From NCBI GenBank assembly GCA_964057225.1, contig CAXKVF010000074.1, forward strand, positions 434,001 through 498,000: a DNA stretch of 64,000 nt. The letters run 5' to 3'. Positions within the stretch are counted from its first letter, which is position 1; each line of letters begins with the position of its first letter. A model generated the notes under the pieces. It did not search any database. It was not told the DNA's origin and saw only the letters and a list, made by a program, of their open reading frames with translations. Below are positions 11,601 to 25,699 of the stretch, one piece after another. Origin of the DNA: Auanema rhodensis. Its lineage: Eukaryota; Animalia; Nematoda. Both the position numbers and the translations under genes were made by a program.

Positions 11601-14600
11601 TAACCATGACTTTGAATTTTACGTGAACTTTAATTTATGCTAATTAAATGTACACGTGATGTGCACTTGGTATGTAACTCGCTTCACGTGAAAGTTAAAG
11701 AGATGCGGTTTTCAAAATTAGATTACCCATGTCCATATTAGTCTAAAAACAAATTTTTATTGATATTGGTTCATGGTAACCATGACTTTGAAATTTACGT
11801 GAACTTTAATTTATGCTAATTAAATGTACACGTGATGTGCACTTGGTATGTAACTCGCTTCACGTGAAAGATAAAGAGATGCGGTTTTCAAAATTAGATT
11901 CCCCATGTCCATATTAGTCTAAAAACAAATTTTTATTGATATTGGTTCATGGTAACCATGACTTTGAAATTTACGTGAACTTTAATTTATGCTAATTAAA
12001 TGTACACGTGATGTGCACTTGGTATGTAACTCGCTTCACGTGAAAGATAAAGAGATGCGGTTTTCAAAATTAGATTCCCCATGTCCATATTAGTCTAAAA
12101 ACAAATTTTTATTGATATTGGTGCATGGTAACCATGACTTTGAATTTTACGTGAACTTTAATTTATGCTAATTAAATGTACACGTGATGTGCACTTGGTA
12201 TGTAACTCGCTTCACGTGAAAGTTAAAGAGATGCGGTTTTCAAAATTAGATTACCCATGTCCATATTAGTCTAAAAACAAATTTTTATTGATATTGGTTC
12301 ATGGTAACCATGACTTTGAAATTTACGTGAACTTTAATTTATGCTAATTAAATGTACACGTGATGTGCACTTGGTATGTAACTCGCTTCACGTGAAAGAT
12401 AAAGAGATGCGGTTTTCAAAATTAGATCCCCCATGTCCATATTAGTCTAAATACTAATTTTTATTGATATTGGTGCATGGTAACCATGACTTTGAAATTT
12501 ACGTGAACTTTAATTTATGCTAATTAAATGTACACGTGATGTGCACTTGGTATGTAACTCGCTTCACGTGAAAGATAAAGAGATGCGGTTTTCAAAATTA
12601 GATTCCCCATGTCCATATTAGTCTAAAAACAAATTTTTATTGATATTGGTGCATGGTAACCATGACTTTGAAATTTACGTGAACTTTAATTTATGCTAAT
12701 TAAATGTACACGTGATGTGCACTTGGTATGTAACTCGCTTCACGTGAAAGATAAAGAGATGCGGTTTTCAAAATTAGATTCCCCATGTCCATATTAGTCT
12801 AAAAACAAATTTTTATTGATATTGGTGCATGGTAACCATGACTTTGAAATTTACGTGAACTTTAATTTATGCTAATTAAATGTACACGTGATGTGCACTT
12901 GGTATGTAACTCGCTTCACGTGAAAGATAAAGAGATGCGGTTTTCAAAATTAGATTGCCCATGTCCATATTAATCTAAAAACAAATTTTAATTGATATTG
13001 GTTCATGGTAACCATGACTTTGAATTTTACGTGAACTTTAATTTATGCTAATTAAATGTACACGTGATGTGCACTTGGTATGTAACTCGCTTCACGTGAA
13101 AGATAAAGAGATGCGGTTTTCAAAATTAGATTCTCCATGTCCATATTAGTCTAAAAACAAATTTTTATTGATATTGGTGCATGGTAACCATGACTTTGAA
13201 ATTTACGTGAACTTTAATTTATGCTAATTAAATGTACACGTGATGTGCACTTGGTATGTAACTCGCTTCACGTGAAAGATGAAGAGATGCGGTTTTCAAA
13301 ACTAGATTCCCCATGTCCATATTAGTCTAAAAACAAATTTTTATTGATATTGGTGCATGGTAACCATGACTTTGAAATTTACGTGAACTTTAATTTATGC
13401 TAATTAAATGTACACGTGATGTGCACTTGGTATGTAACTCGCTTCACGTGAAAGATAAAGAGATGCGGTTTTCAAAATTAGATTCCCCATGTCCATATTA
13501 GTCTAAAAACAAATTTTTATTGATATTGGTGCATGGTAACCATGACTTTGAAATTTACTTGAACTTTAATTTATGCTAATTAAATGTACACGTGATGTGC
13601 ACTTGGTATGTAACTTGCTTCACGTGAATGATAAAGAGATGCGGTTTTCAAATTTAGATTCCCCATGTCCATATTAGTCTAAAAACAAATTTTTATTGAT
13701 ATTGCTTCATGGTAACCATGACTTTGAAATTTACGTGAACTTTAATTTATGCTAATTAAATGTACACGTGATGTGCACTTGGTATGTAACTCGCTTCACG
13801 TGAAAGATAAAGAGATGCGGTTTTCAAAATTAGATTCCCCATGTCCATATTAGTCTAAAAACAAATTTTTATTGATATTGCTTCATGGTAACCATGACTT
13901 TGAAATTTACGTGAACTTTAATTTATGCTAATTAAATGTACACGTGATGTGCACTTGGTATGTAACTCGCTTCACGTGAAAGATAAAGAGATGCGGTTTT
14001 CAAAATTAGATTCCCCATGTCCATATTAGTCTAAAAACAAATTTTTATTGATATTGGTGCATGGTAACCATGACTTTGAATTTTACGTGAACTTTAATTT
14101 ATGCTAATTAAATGTACACGTGATGTGCACTTGGTATGTAACTCGCTTCACGTGAAAGATAAAGAGATGCGGTTTTCAAAATTAGATTCCCCATGTCCAT
14201 ATTAGTCTAAAAACAAATTTGTATTGATATTGGTTCATGGTAACCATGACTTTGAAATTTACGTGAACTTTAATTTATGCTAATTAAATGTACACGTGAT
14301 GTGCACTTGGTATGTAACTCGCTTCACGTGAAAGATAAAGAGATGCGGTTTTCAAAATTAGATTCCCCATGTCCATATTAGTCTAAAAACAAATTTTTAT
14401 TGATATTGGTGCATGGTAACCATGACTTTGAAATTTACGTGAACTTTAATTTATGCTAATTAAATGTACACGTGATGTGCACTTGGTATGTAACTCGCTT
14501 CACGTGAAAGATGAAGAGATGCGGTTTTCAGAATTAGATTCCTCATGTCCATATTAGTCTAAAAACAAATTTTTATTGATATTGGTGCATGGTAACCATG

Positions 14601-17600
14601 ACTTTGAAATTTACGTGAACTTTAATTTATGCTAATTAAATGTACACGTGATGTGCACTTGGTATGTAACTCGCTTCACGTGAAAGATAAAGAGATGCGG
14701 TTTTCAAAATTAGATTCCCCATGTCCATATTAGTCTAAAAACAAATTTTTATTGATATTGGTGCATGGTAACCATGACTTTGAAATTTACGTGAACTTTA
14801 ATTTATGCTAATTAAATGTACACGTGATGTGCACTTGGTATGTAACTCGCTTCACGTGAAAGATAAAGAGATGCGGTTTTCAAAATTAGATTGCCCATGT
14901 CCATATTAGTCTAAAAACAAATTGTTATTGATATTGGTTCATGGTAACCATGACTTTGAATTTTACGTGAACTTTAATTTATGCTAATTAAATGTACACG
15001 TGATGTGCACTTGGTATGTAACTCGCTTCACGTGAAAGATAAAGAGATGCGGTTTTCAAAATTAGATTCCCCATGTCCATATTAGTCTAAAAACAAATTT
15101 TTATTGATATTGGTTCATGGTAACCATGACTTTGAAATTTACGTGAACTTTAATTTATGCTAATTAAATGTACACGTGATGTGCACTTGGTATGTAACTC
15201 GCTTCACGTGAAAGTTAAAGAGATGCGGTTTTCAAAATTAGATTGCCCATGTCCATATTAGTCTAAAAACAAATTTTAATTGATATTGGTTCATGGTAAC
15301 CATGACTTTGAAATTTACGTGAACTTTAATTTATGCTAATTAAATGTACACGTGATGTGCACTTGGTTTGTAACTCGCTTCACGTGAAAGATAAAGAGAT
15401 GCGGTTTTCAAAATTAGATTCCCCATGTCCATATTAGTCTAAAAACAAATTTTTATTGATATTGGTGCATGGTAACCATGACTTTGAAATTTACGTGAAC
15501 TTTAATTTATGCTAATTAAATGTACACGTGATGTGCACTTGGTATGTAACTCGCTTCACGTGAAAGATAAAGAGATGCGGTTTTCAAAATTAGATTGCCC
15601 ATGTCCATATTAGTCTAAAAACAAATTGTTATTGATATTGGTTCATGGTAACCATGACTTTGAATTTTACGTGAACTTTAATTTATGCTAATTAAATGTA
15701 CACGTGATGTGCACTTGGTATGTAACTCGCTTCACGTGAAAGATAAAGAGATGCGGTTTTCAAAATTAGATTCCCCATGTCCATATTAGTCTAAAAACAA
15801 ATTTTTATTGATATTGGATCATGGTAACCATGACTTTGAAATTTACGTGAACTTTAATTTATGCTAATTAAATGTACACGTGATGTGCACTTGGTATGTA
15901 ACTCGCTTCACGTGAAAGATAAAGAGATGCGGTTTTCAAAATTAGATTCCCCATGTCCATATTAGTCTAAAAACAAATTTTTATTGATATTGGTTCATGG
16001 TAACCATGACTTTGAAATTTACGTGAACTTTAATTTATGCTAATTAAATGTACACGTGATGTGCACTTGGTATGTAACTCGCTTCACGTGAAAGATAAAG
16101 AGATGCGGTTTTCAAAATTAGATTCCCCATGTCCATATTAGTCTAAAAACAAATTTTTATTGATATTGGTGCATGGTAACCATGACTTTGAATTTTACGT
16201 GAACTTTAATTTATGCTAATTAAATGTACACGTGATGTGCACTTGGTATGTAACTCGCTTCACGTGAAAGTTAAAGAGATGCGGTTTTCAAAATTAGATT
16301 ACCCATGTCCATATTAGTCTAAAAACAAATTTTTATTGATATTGGTTCTTGGTAACCATGACTTTGAAATTTACGTGAACTTTAATTTATGCTAATTAAA
16401 TGTACACGTGATGTGCACTTGGTATGTAACTCGCTTCACGTGAAAGATAAAGAGATGCGGTTTTCAAAATTAGATCCCCCATGTCCATATTAGTCTAAAT
16501 ACTAATTTTTATTGATATTGGTGCATGGTAACCATGACTTTGAAATTTACGTGAACTTTAATTTATGCTAATTAAATGTACACGTGATGTGCACTTGGTA
16601 TGTAACTCGCTTCACGTGAAAGATAAAGAGATGCGGTTTTCAAAATTAGATTCCCCATGTCCATATTAGTCTAAAAACAAATTTTTATTGATATTGGTGC
16701 ATGGTAACCATGACTTTGAAATTTACGTGAACTTTAATTTATGCTAATTAAATGTACACGTGATGTGCACTTGGTATGTAACTCGCTTCACGTGAAAGAT
16801 AAAGAGATGCAGTTTTCAAAATTAGATTCCCCATGTCCATATTAGTCTAAAAACAAATTTTTATTGATATTGGTGCATGGTAACCATGACTTTGAAATTT
16901 ACGTGAACTTTAATTTATGCTAATTAAATGTACACGTGATGTGCACTTGGTATGTAACTCGCTTCACGTGAAAGATAAAGAGATGCGGTTTTCAAAATTA
17001 GATTGCCCATGTCCATATTAGTCTAAAAACAAATTTTAATTGATATTGGTTCATGGTAACCATGACTTTGAATTTTACGTGAACTTTAATTTATGCTAAT
17101 TAAATGTACACGTGATGTGCACTTGGTATGTAACTCGCTTCACGTGAAAGATAAAGAGATGCGGTTTTCAAAATTAGATTCTCCATGTCCATATTAGTCT
17201 AAAAACAAATTTTTATTGATATTGGTGCATGGTAACCATGACTTTGAAATTTACGTGAACTTTAATTTATGCTAATTAAATGTACACGTGATGTGCACTT
17301 GGTATGTAACTCGCTTCACGTGAAAGATGAAGAGATGCGGTTTTCAAAACTAGATTCCCCATGTCCATATTAGTCTAAAAACAAATTTTTATTGATATTG
17401 GTGCATGGTAACCATGACTTTGAAATTTACGTGAACTTTAATTTATGCTAATTAAATGTACACGTGATGTGCACTTGGTATGTAACTCGCTTCACGTGAA
17501 AGATAAAGAGATGCGGTTTTCAAAATTAGATTCCCCATGTCCATATTAGTCTAAAAACAAATTTTTATTGATATTGGTGCATGGTAACCATGACTTTGAA

Positions 17601-17610
17601 ATTTACTTGA
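8628..17610 (+). repeat. Higher-order block B: duplicated ~22-monomer segment (M50-78 vs M80-101) with extra monomers in the first copy
   Basis: Shared rare markers at 8941/14221 (offset 30 monomers), 11242/15818 (26) and 13559/17607 (23). Confidence 0.85.
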
Positions 17611-18659
17611 ACTTTAATTTATGCTAATTAAATGTACACGTGATGTGCACTTGGTATGTAACTCGCTTCACGTGAAAGATAAAGAGATGCGGTTTTCAAA
17701 ATTAGATTGCCCATGTCCATATTAGTCTAAAAACAAATTTTTATTGATATTGGTGCATGGTAACCATGACTTTGAAATTTACGTGAACTTTAATTTATGC
17801 TAATTAAATGTACACGTGATGTGCACTTGGTATGTAACTCGCTTCACGTGAAAGATAAAGAGATGCGGTTTTCAAAATTAGATTCCCCATGTCCATATTA
17901 GTCTAAAAACAAATTTTTATTGATATTGGTGCATGGTAACCATGACTTTGAAATTTACGTGAACTTTAATTTATGCTAATTAAATGTACACGTGATGTGC
18001 ACTTGGTATGTAACTCGCTTCACGTGAAAGATAAAGAGATGCGGTTTTCAAAATTAGATTGCCCATGTCCATATTAGTCTAAAAACAAATTGTTAGTGAT
18101 ATTGGTTCATGGTAACCATGACTTTGAATTTTACGTGAACTTTAATTTATGCTAATTAAATGTACACGTGATGTGCACTTGGTATGTAACTCGCTTCACG
18201 TGAAAGATAAAGAGATGCGGTTTTCAAAATTAGATTCCCCATGTCCATATTAGTCTAAAAACAAATTTTTATTGATATTGGTTCATGGTAACCATGACTT
18301 TGAAATTTACGTGAACTTTAATTTATGCTAATTAAATGTACACGTGATGTGCACTTGGTATGTAACTCGCTTCACGTGAAAGTTAAAGAGATGCGGTTTT
18401 CAAAATTAGATTGCCCATGTCCATATTAGTCTAAAAACAAATTTTAATTGATATTGGTTCATGGTAACCATGACTTTGAAATTTACGTGAACTTTAATTT
18501 ATGCTAATTAAATGTACACGTGATGTGCACTTGGTTTGTAACTCGCTTCACGTGAAAGATAAAGAGATGCGGTTTTCAAAATTAGATTCCCCATGTCCAT
18601 ATTAGTCTAAAAACAAATTTTTATTGATATTGGTGCATGGTAACCATGACTTTGAAATT

Positions 18660-21600
18660 TACGTGAACTTTAATTTATGCTAATTAAATGTACACGTGAT
18701 GTGCACTTGGTATGTAACTCGCTTCACGTGAAAGATAAAGAGATGCGGTTTTCAAAATTAGATTGCCCATGTCCATATTAGTGTAAAAACAAATTGTTAT
18801 TGATATTGGTTCATGGTAACCATGACTTTGAATTTTACGTGAACTTTAATTTATGCTAATTAAATGTACACGTGATGTGCACTTGGTATGTAACTCGCTT
18901 CACGTGAAAGATAAAGAGATGCGGTTTTCAAAATTAGATTCCCCATGTCCATATTAGTCTAAAAACAAATTGTTATTGATATTGGTTCATGGTAACCATG
19001 ACTTTGAAATTTACGTGAACTTTAATTTATGCTAATTAAATGTACACGTGATGTGCACTTGGTATGTAACTCGCTTCACGTGAAAGATAAAGAGATGCGG
19101 TTTCCAAAATTAGATTCCCCATGTCCATATTAGTCTAAAAACAAATTTTTATTGATATTGGTGCATGGTAACCATGACTTTGAAATTTACGTGAACTTTA
19201 ATTTATGCTAATTAAATGTACACGTGATGTGCACTTGGTATGTAACTCGCTTCACGTGAAAGATAAAGAGATGCGGTTTTCAAAATTAGATTGCCCATGT
19301 CCATATTAGTCTAAAAACAAATTTTTATTGATATTGGTGCATGGTAACCATGACTTTGAAATTTACGTGAACTTTAATTTATGCTAATTAAATGTACACG
19401 TGATGTGCACTTGGTATGTAACTCGCTTCACGTGAAAGATAAAGAGATGCGGTTTTCAAAATTAGATTCCCCATGTCCATATTAGTCTAAAAACAAATTT
19501 TTATTGATATTGGTGCATGGTAACCATGACTTTGAAATTTACGTGAACTTTAATTTATGCTAATTAAATGTACACGTGATGTGCACTTGGTATGTAACTC
19601 GCTTCACGTGAAAGATAAAGAGATGCGGTTTTCAAAATTAGATTGCCCATGTCCATATTAGTCTAAAAACAAATTGTTATTGATATTGGTTCATGGTAAC
19701 CATGACTTTGAATTTTACGTGAACTTTAATTTATGCTAATTAAATGTACACGTGATGTGCACTTGGTATGTAACTCGCTTCACGTGAAAGATAAAGAGAT
19801 GCGGTTTTCAAAATTAGATTCCCCATGTCCATATTAGTCTAAAAACAAATTTTTATTGATATTGGTTCATGGTAACCATGACTTTGAAATTTACGTGAAC
19901 TTTAATTTATGCTAATTAAATGTACACGTGATGTGCACTTGGTATGTAACTCGCTTCACGTGAAAGTTAAAGAGATGCGGTTTTCAAAATTAGATTGCCC
20001 ATGTCCATATTAGTCTAAAAACAAATTTTAATTGATATTGGTTCATGGTAACCATGACTTTGATATTTACGTGAACTTTAATTTATGCTAATTAAATGTA
20101 CACGTGATGTGCACTTGGTTTGTAACTCGCTTCACGTGAAAGATAAAGAGATGCGGTTTTCAAAATTAGATTCCCCATGTCCATATTAGTCTAAAAACAA
20201 ATTTTTATTGATATTGGTGCATGGTAACCATGACTTTGAAATTTACGTGAACTTTAATTTATGCTAATTAAATGTACACGTGATGTGCACTTGGTATGTA
20301 ACTCGCTTCACGTGAAAGATAAAGAGATGCGGTTTTCAAAATTAGATTGCCCATGTCCATATTAGTCTAAAAACAAATTGTTATTGATATTGGTTCATGG
20401 TAACCATGACTTTGAATTTTACGTGAACTTTAATTTATGCTAATTAAATGTACACGTGATGTGCACTTGGTATGTAACTCGCTTCACGTGAAAGATAAAG
20501 AGATGCGGTTTTCAAAATTAGATTCCCCATGTCCATATTAGTCTAAAAACAAATTTTTATTGATATTGGTTCATGGTAACCATGACTTTGAAATTTACGT
20601 GAACTTTAATTTATGCTAATTAAATGTACACGTGATGTGCACTTGGTATGTAACTCGCTTCACGTGAAAGATAAAGAGATGCGGTTTTCAAAATTAGATT
20701 CCCCATGTCCATATTAGTCTAAAAACAAATTTTTATTGATATTGGTTCATGGTAACCATGACTTTGAAATTTACGTGAACTTTAATTTATGCTAATTAAA
20801 TGTACACGTGATGTGCACTTGGTATGTAACTCGCTTCACGTGAAAGATAAAGAGATGCGGTTTTCAAAATTAGATTCCCCATGTCCATATTAGTCTAAAA
20901 ACAAATTTTTATTGATATTGGTGCATGGTAACCATGACTTTGAATTTTACGTGAACTTTAATTTATGCTAATTAAATGTACACGTGATGTGCACTTGGTA
21001 TGTAACTCGCTTCACGTGAAAGTTAAAGAGATGCGGTTTTCAAAATTAGATTACCCATGTCCATATTAGTCTAAAAACAAATTTTTATTGATATTGGTTC
21101 ATGGTAACCATGACTTTGAAATTTACGTGAACTTTAATTTATGCTAATTAAATGTACACGTGATGTGCACTTGGTATGTAACTCGCTTCACGTGAAAGAT
21201 AAAGAGATGCGGTTTTCAAAATTAGATCCCCCATGTCCATATTAGTCTAAATACTAATTTTTATTGATATTGGTGCATGGTAACCATGACTTTGAAATTT
21301 ACGTGAACTTTAATTTATGCTAATTAAATGTACACGTGATGTGCACTTGGTATGTAACTCGCTTCACGTGAAAGATAAAGAGATGCGGTTTTCAAAATTA
21401 GATTCCCCATGTCCATATTAGTCTAAAAACAAATTTTTATTGATATTGGTGCATGGTAACCATGACTTTGAAATTTACGTGAACTTTAATTTATGCTAAT
21501 TAAATGTACACGTGATGTGCACTTGGTATGTAACTCGCTTCACGTGAAAGATAAAGAGATGCGGTTTTCAAAATTAGATTCCCCATGTCCATATTAGTCT

Positions 21601-24600
21601 AAAAACAAATTTTTATTGATATTGGTGCATGGTAACCATGACTTTGAAATTTACGTGAACTTTAATTTATGCTAATTAAATGTACACGTGATGTGCACTT
21701 GGTATGTAACTCGCTTCACGTGAAAGATAAAGAGATGCGGTTTTCAAAATTAGATTCCCCATGTCCATATTAGTCTAAAAACAAATTTTTATTGATATTG
21801 GTGCATGGTAACCATGACTTTGAAATTTACGTGAACTTTAATTTATGCTAATTAAATGTACACGTGATGTGCACTTGGTATGTAACTCGCTTCACGTGAA
21901 AGATAAAGAGATGCGGTTTTCAAAATTAGATTCCCCATGTCCATATTAGTCTAAAAACAAATTTTTATTGATATTGGTGCATGGTAACCATGACTTTGAA
22001 ATTTACGTGAACTTTAATTTATGCTAATTAAATGTACACGTGATGTGCACTTGGTATGTAACTCGCTTCACGTGAAAGATAAAGAGATGCGGTTTTCAAA
22101 ATTAGATTGCCCATGTCCATATTAGTCTAAAAACAAATTTTAATTGATATTGGTTCATGGTAACCATGACTTTGAATTTTACGTGAACTTTAATTTATGC
22201 TAATTAAATGTACACGTGATGTGCACTTGGTATGTAACTCGCTTCACGTGAAAGATAAAGAGATGCGGTTTTCAAAATTAGATTGCCCATGTCCATATTA
22301 GTCTAAAAACAAATTGTTATTGATATTGGTTCATGGTAACCATGACTTTGAATTTTACGTGAACTTTAATTTATGCTAATTAAATGTACACGTGATGTGC
22401 ACTTGGTATGTAACTCGCTTCACGTGAAAGATAAAGAGATGCGGTTTTCAAAATTAGATTCCCCATGTCCATATTAGTCTAAAAACAAATTGTTATTGAT
22501 ATTGGTTCATGGTAACCATGACTTTGAAATTTACGTGAACTTTAATTTATGCTAATTAAATGTACACGTGATGTGCACTTGGTATGTAACTCGCTTCACG
22601 TGAAAGATAAAGAGATGCGGTTTTCAAAATTAGATTCCCCATGTCCATATTAGTCTAAAAACAAATTTTTATTGATATTGGTGCATGATAACCATGACTT
22701 TGAAATTTACGTGAACTTTAATTTATGCTAATTAAATGTACACGTGATGTGCACTTGGTATGTAACTCGCTTCACGTGAAAGATAAAGAGATGCGGTTTT
22801 CAAAATTAGATTGCCCATGTCCATATTAGTCTAAAAACAAATTTTTATTGATATTGGTGCATGGTAACCATGACTTTGAAATTTACGTGAACTTTAATTT
22901 ATGCTAATTAAATGTACACGTGATGTGCACTTGGTATGTAACTCGCTTCACGTGAAAGATAAAGAGATGCGGTTTTCAAAATTAGATTCCCCATGTCCAT
23001 ATTAGTCCAAAAACAAATTTTTATTGATATTGGTGCATGGTAACCATGACTTTGAAATTTACGTGAACTTTAATTTATGCTAATTAAATGTACACGTGAT
23101 GTGCACTTGGTATGTAACTCGCTTCACGTGAAAGATAAAGAGATGCGGTTTTCAAAATTAGATTGCCCATGTCCATATTAGTCTAAAAACAAATTGTTAT
23201 TGATATTGGTTCATGGTAACCATGACTTTGAATTTTACGTGAACTTTAATTTATGCTAATTAAATGTACACGTGATGTGCACTTGGTATGTAACTCGCTT
23301 CACGTGAAAGATAAAGAGATGCGGTTTTCAAAATTAGATTCCCCATGTCCATATTAGTCTAAAAACAAATTTTTATTGATATTGGTTCATGGTAACCATG
23401 ACTTTGAAATTTACGTGAACTTTAATTTATGCTTATTAAATGTACACGTGATGTGCACTTGGTATGTAACTCGCTTCACGTGAAAGTTAAAGAGATGCGG
23501 TTTTCAAAATTAGATTGCCCATGTCCATATTAGTCTAAAAACAAATTTTAATTGATATTGGTTCATGGTAACCATGACTTTGATATTTACGTGAACTTTA
23601 ATTTATGCTAATTAAATGTACACGTGATGTGCACTTGGTTTGTAACTCGCTTCACGTGAAAGATAAAGAGATGCGGTTTTCAAAATTAGATTCCCCATGT
23701 CCATATTAGTCTAAAAACAAATTTTTATTGATATTGGTGCATGGTAACCATGACTTTGAAATTTACGTGAACTTTAATTTATGCTAATTAAATGTACACG
23801 TGATGTGCACTTGGTATGTAACTCGCTTCACGTGAAAGATAAAGAGATGCGGTTTTCAAAATTAGATTGCCCATGTCCATATTAGTCTAAAAACAAATTG
23901 TTATTGATATTGGTTCATGGTAACCATGACTTTGAATTTTACGTGAACTTTAATTTATGCTAATTAAATGTACACGTGATGTGCACTTGGTATGTAACTC
24001 GCTTCACGTGAAAGATAAAGAGATGCGGTTTTCAAAATTAGATTCCCCATGTCCATATTAGTCTAAAAACAAATTTTTATTGATATTGGTTCATGGTAAC
24101 CATGACTTTGAAATTTACGTGAACTTTAATTTATGCTAATTAAATGTACACGTGATGTGCACTTGGTATGTAACTCGCTTCACGTGAAAGATAAAGAGAT
24201 GCGGTTTTCAAAATTAGATTCCCCATGTCCATATTAGTCTAAAAACAAATTTTTATTGATATTGGTTCATGGTAACCATGACTTTGAAATTTACGTGAAC
24301 TTTAATTTATGCTAATTAAATGTACACGTGATGTGCACTTGGTATGTAACTCGCTTCACGTGAAAGATAAAGAGATGCGGTTTTCAAAATTAGATTCCCC
24401 ATGTCCATATTAGTCTAAAAACAAATTTTTATTGATATTGGTGCATGGTAACCATGACTTTGAATTTTACGTGAACTTTAATTTATGCTAATTAAATGTA
24501 CACGTGATGTGCACTTGGTATGTAACTCGCTTCACGTGAAAGTTAAAGAGATGCGGTTTTCAAAATTAGATTACCCATGTCCATATTAGTCTAAAAACAA

Positions 24601-25699
24601 ATTTTTATTGATATTGGTTCATGGTAACCATGACTTTGAAATTTACGTGAACTTTAATTTATGCTAATTAAATGTACACGTGATGTGCACTTGGTATGTA
24701 ACTCGCTTCACGTGAAAGATAAAGAGATGCGGTTTTCAAAATTAGATCCCCCATGTCCATATTAGTCTAAATACTAATTTTTATTGATATTGGTGCATGG
24801 TAACCATGACTTTGAAATTTACGTGAACTTTAATTTATGCTAATTAAATGTACACGTGATGTGCACTTGGTATGTAACTCGCTTCACGTGAAAGATAAAG
24901 AGATGCGGTTTTCAAAATTAGATTCCCCATGTCCATATTAGTCTAAAAACAAATTTTTATTGATATTGGTGCATGGTAACCATGACTTTGAAATTTACGT
25001 GAACTTTAATTTATGCTAATTAAATGTACACGTGATGTGCACTTGGTATGTAACTCGCTTCACGTGAAAGATAAAGAGATGCGGTTTTCAAAATTAGATT
25101 CCCCATGTCCATATTAGTCTAAAAACAAATTTTTATTGATATTGGTGCATGGTAACCATGACTTTGAAATTTACGTGAACTTTAATTTATGCTAATTAAA
25201 TGTACACGTGATGTGCACTTGGTATGTAACTCGCTTCACGTGAAAGATAAAGAGATGCGGTTTTCAAAATTAGATTCCCCATGTCCATATTAGTCTAAAA
25301 ACAAATTTTTATTGATATTGGTGCATGGTAACCATGACTTTGAAATTTACGTGAACTTTAATTTATGCTAATTAAATGTACACGTGATGTGCACTTGGTA
25401 TGTAACTCGCTTCACGTGAAAGATAAAGAGATGCGGTTTTCAAAATTAGATTCCCCATGTCCATATTAGTCTAAAAACAAATTTTTATTGATATTGGTGC
25501 ATGGTAACCATGACTTTGAAATTTACGTGAACTTTAATTTATGCTAATTAAATGTACACGTGATGTGCACTTGGTATGTAACTCGCTTCACGTGAAAGAT
25601 AAAGAGATGCGGTTTTCAAAATTAGATTGCCCATGTCCATATTAGTCTAAAAACAAATTTTAATTGATATTGGTTCATGGTAACCATGACTTTGAATTT
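18660..25699 (+). repeat. Higher-order block C: 20-monomer (3520-bp) tandem duplication
   Basis: A173T at 20064/23584 and A53T at 20120/23640. The order of common alleles is the same in M107-126 and M127-146. Confidence 0.88.
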
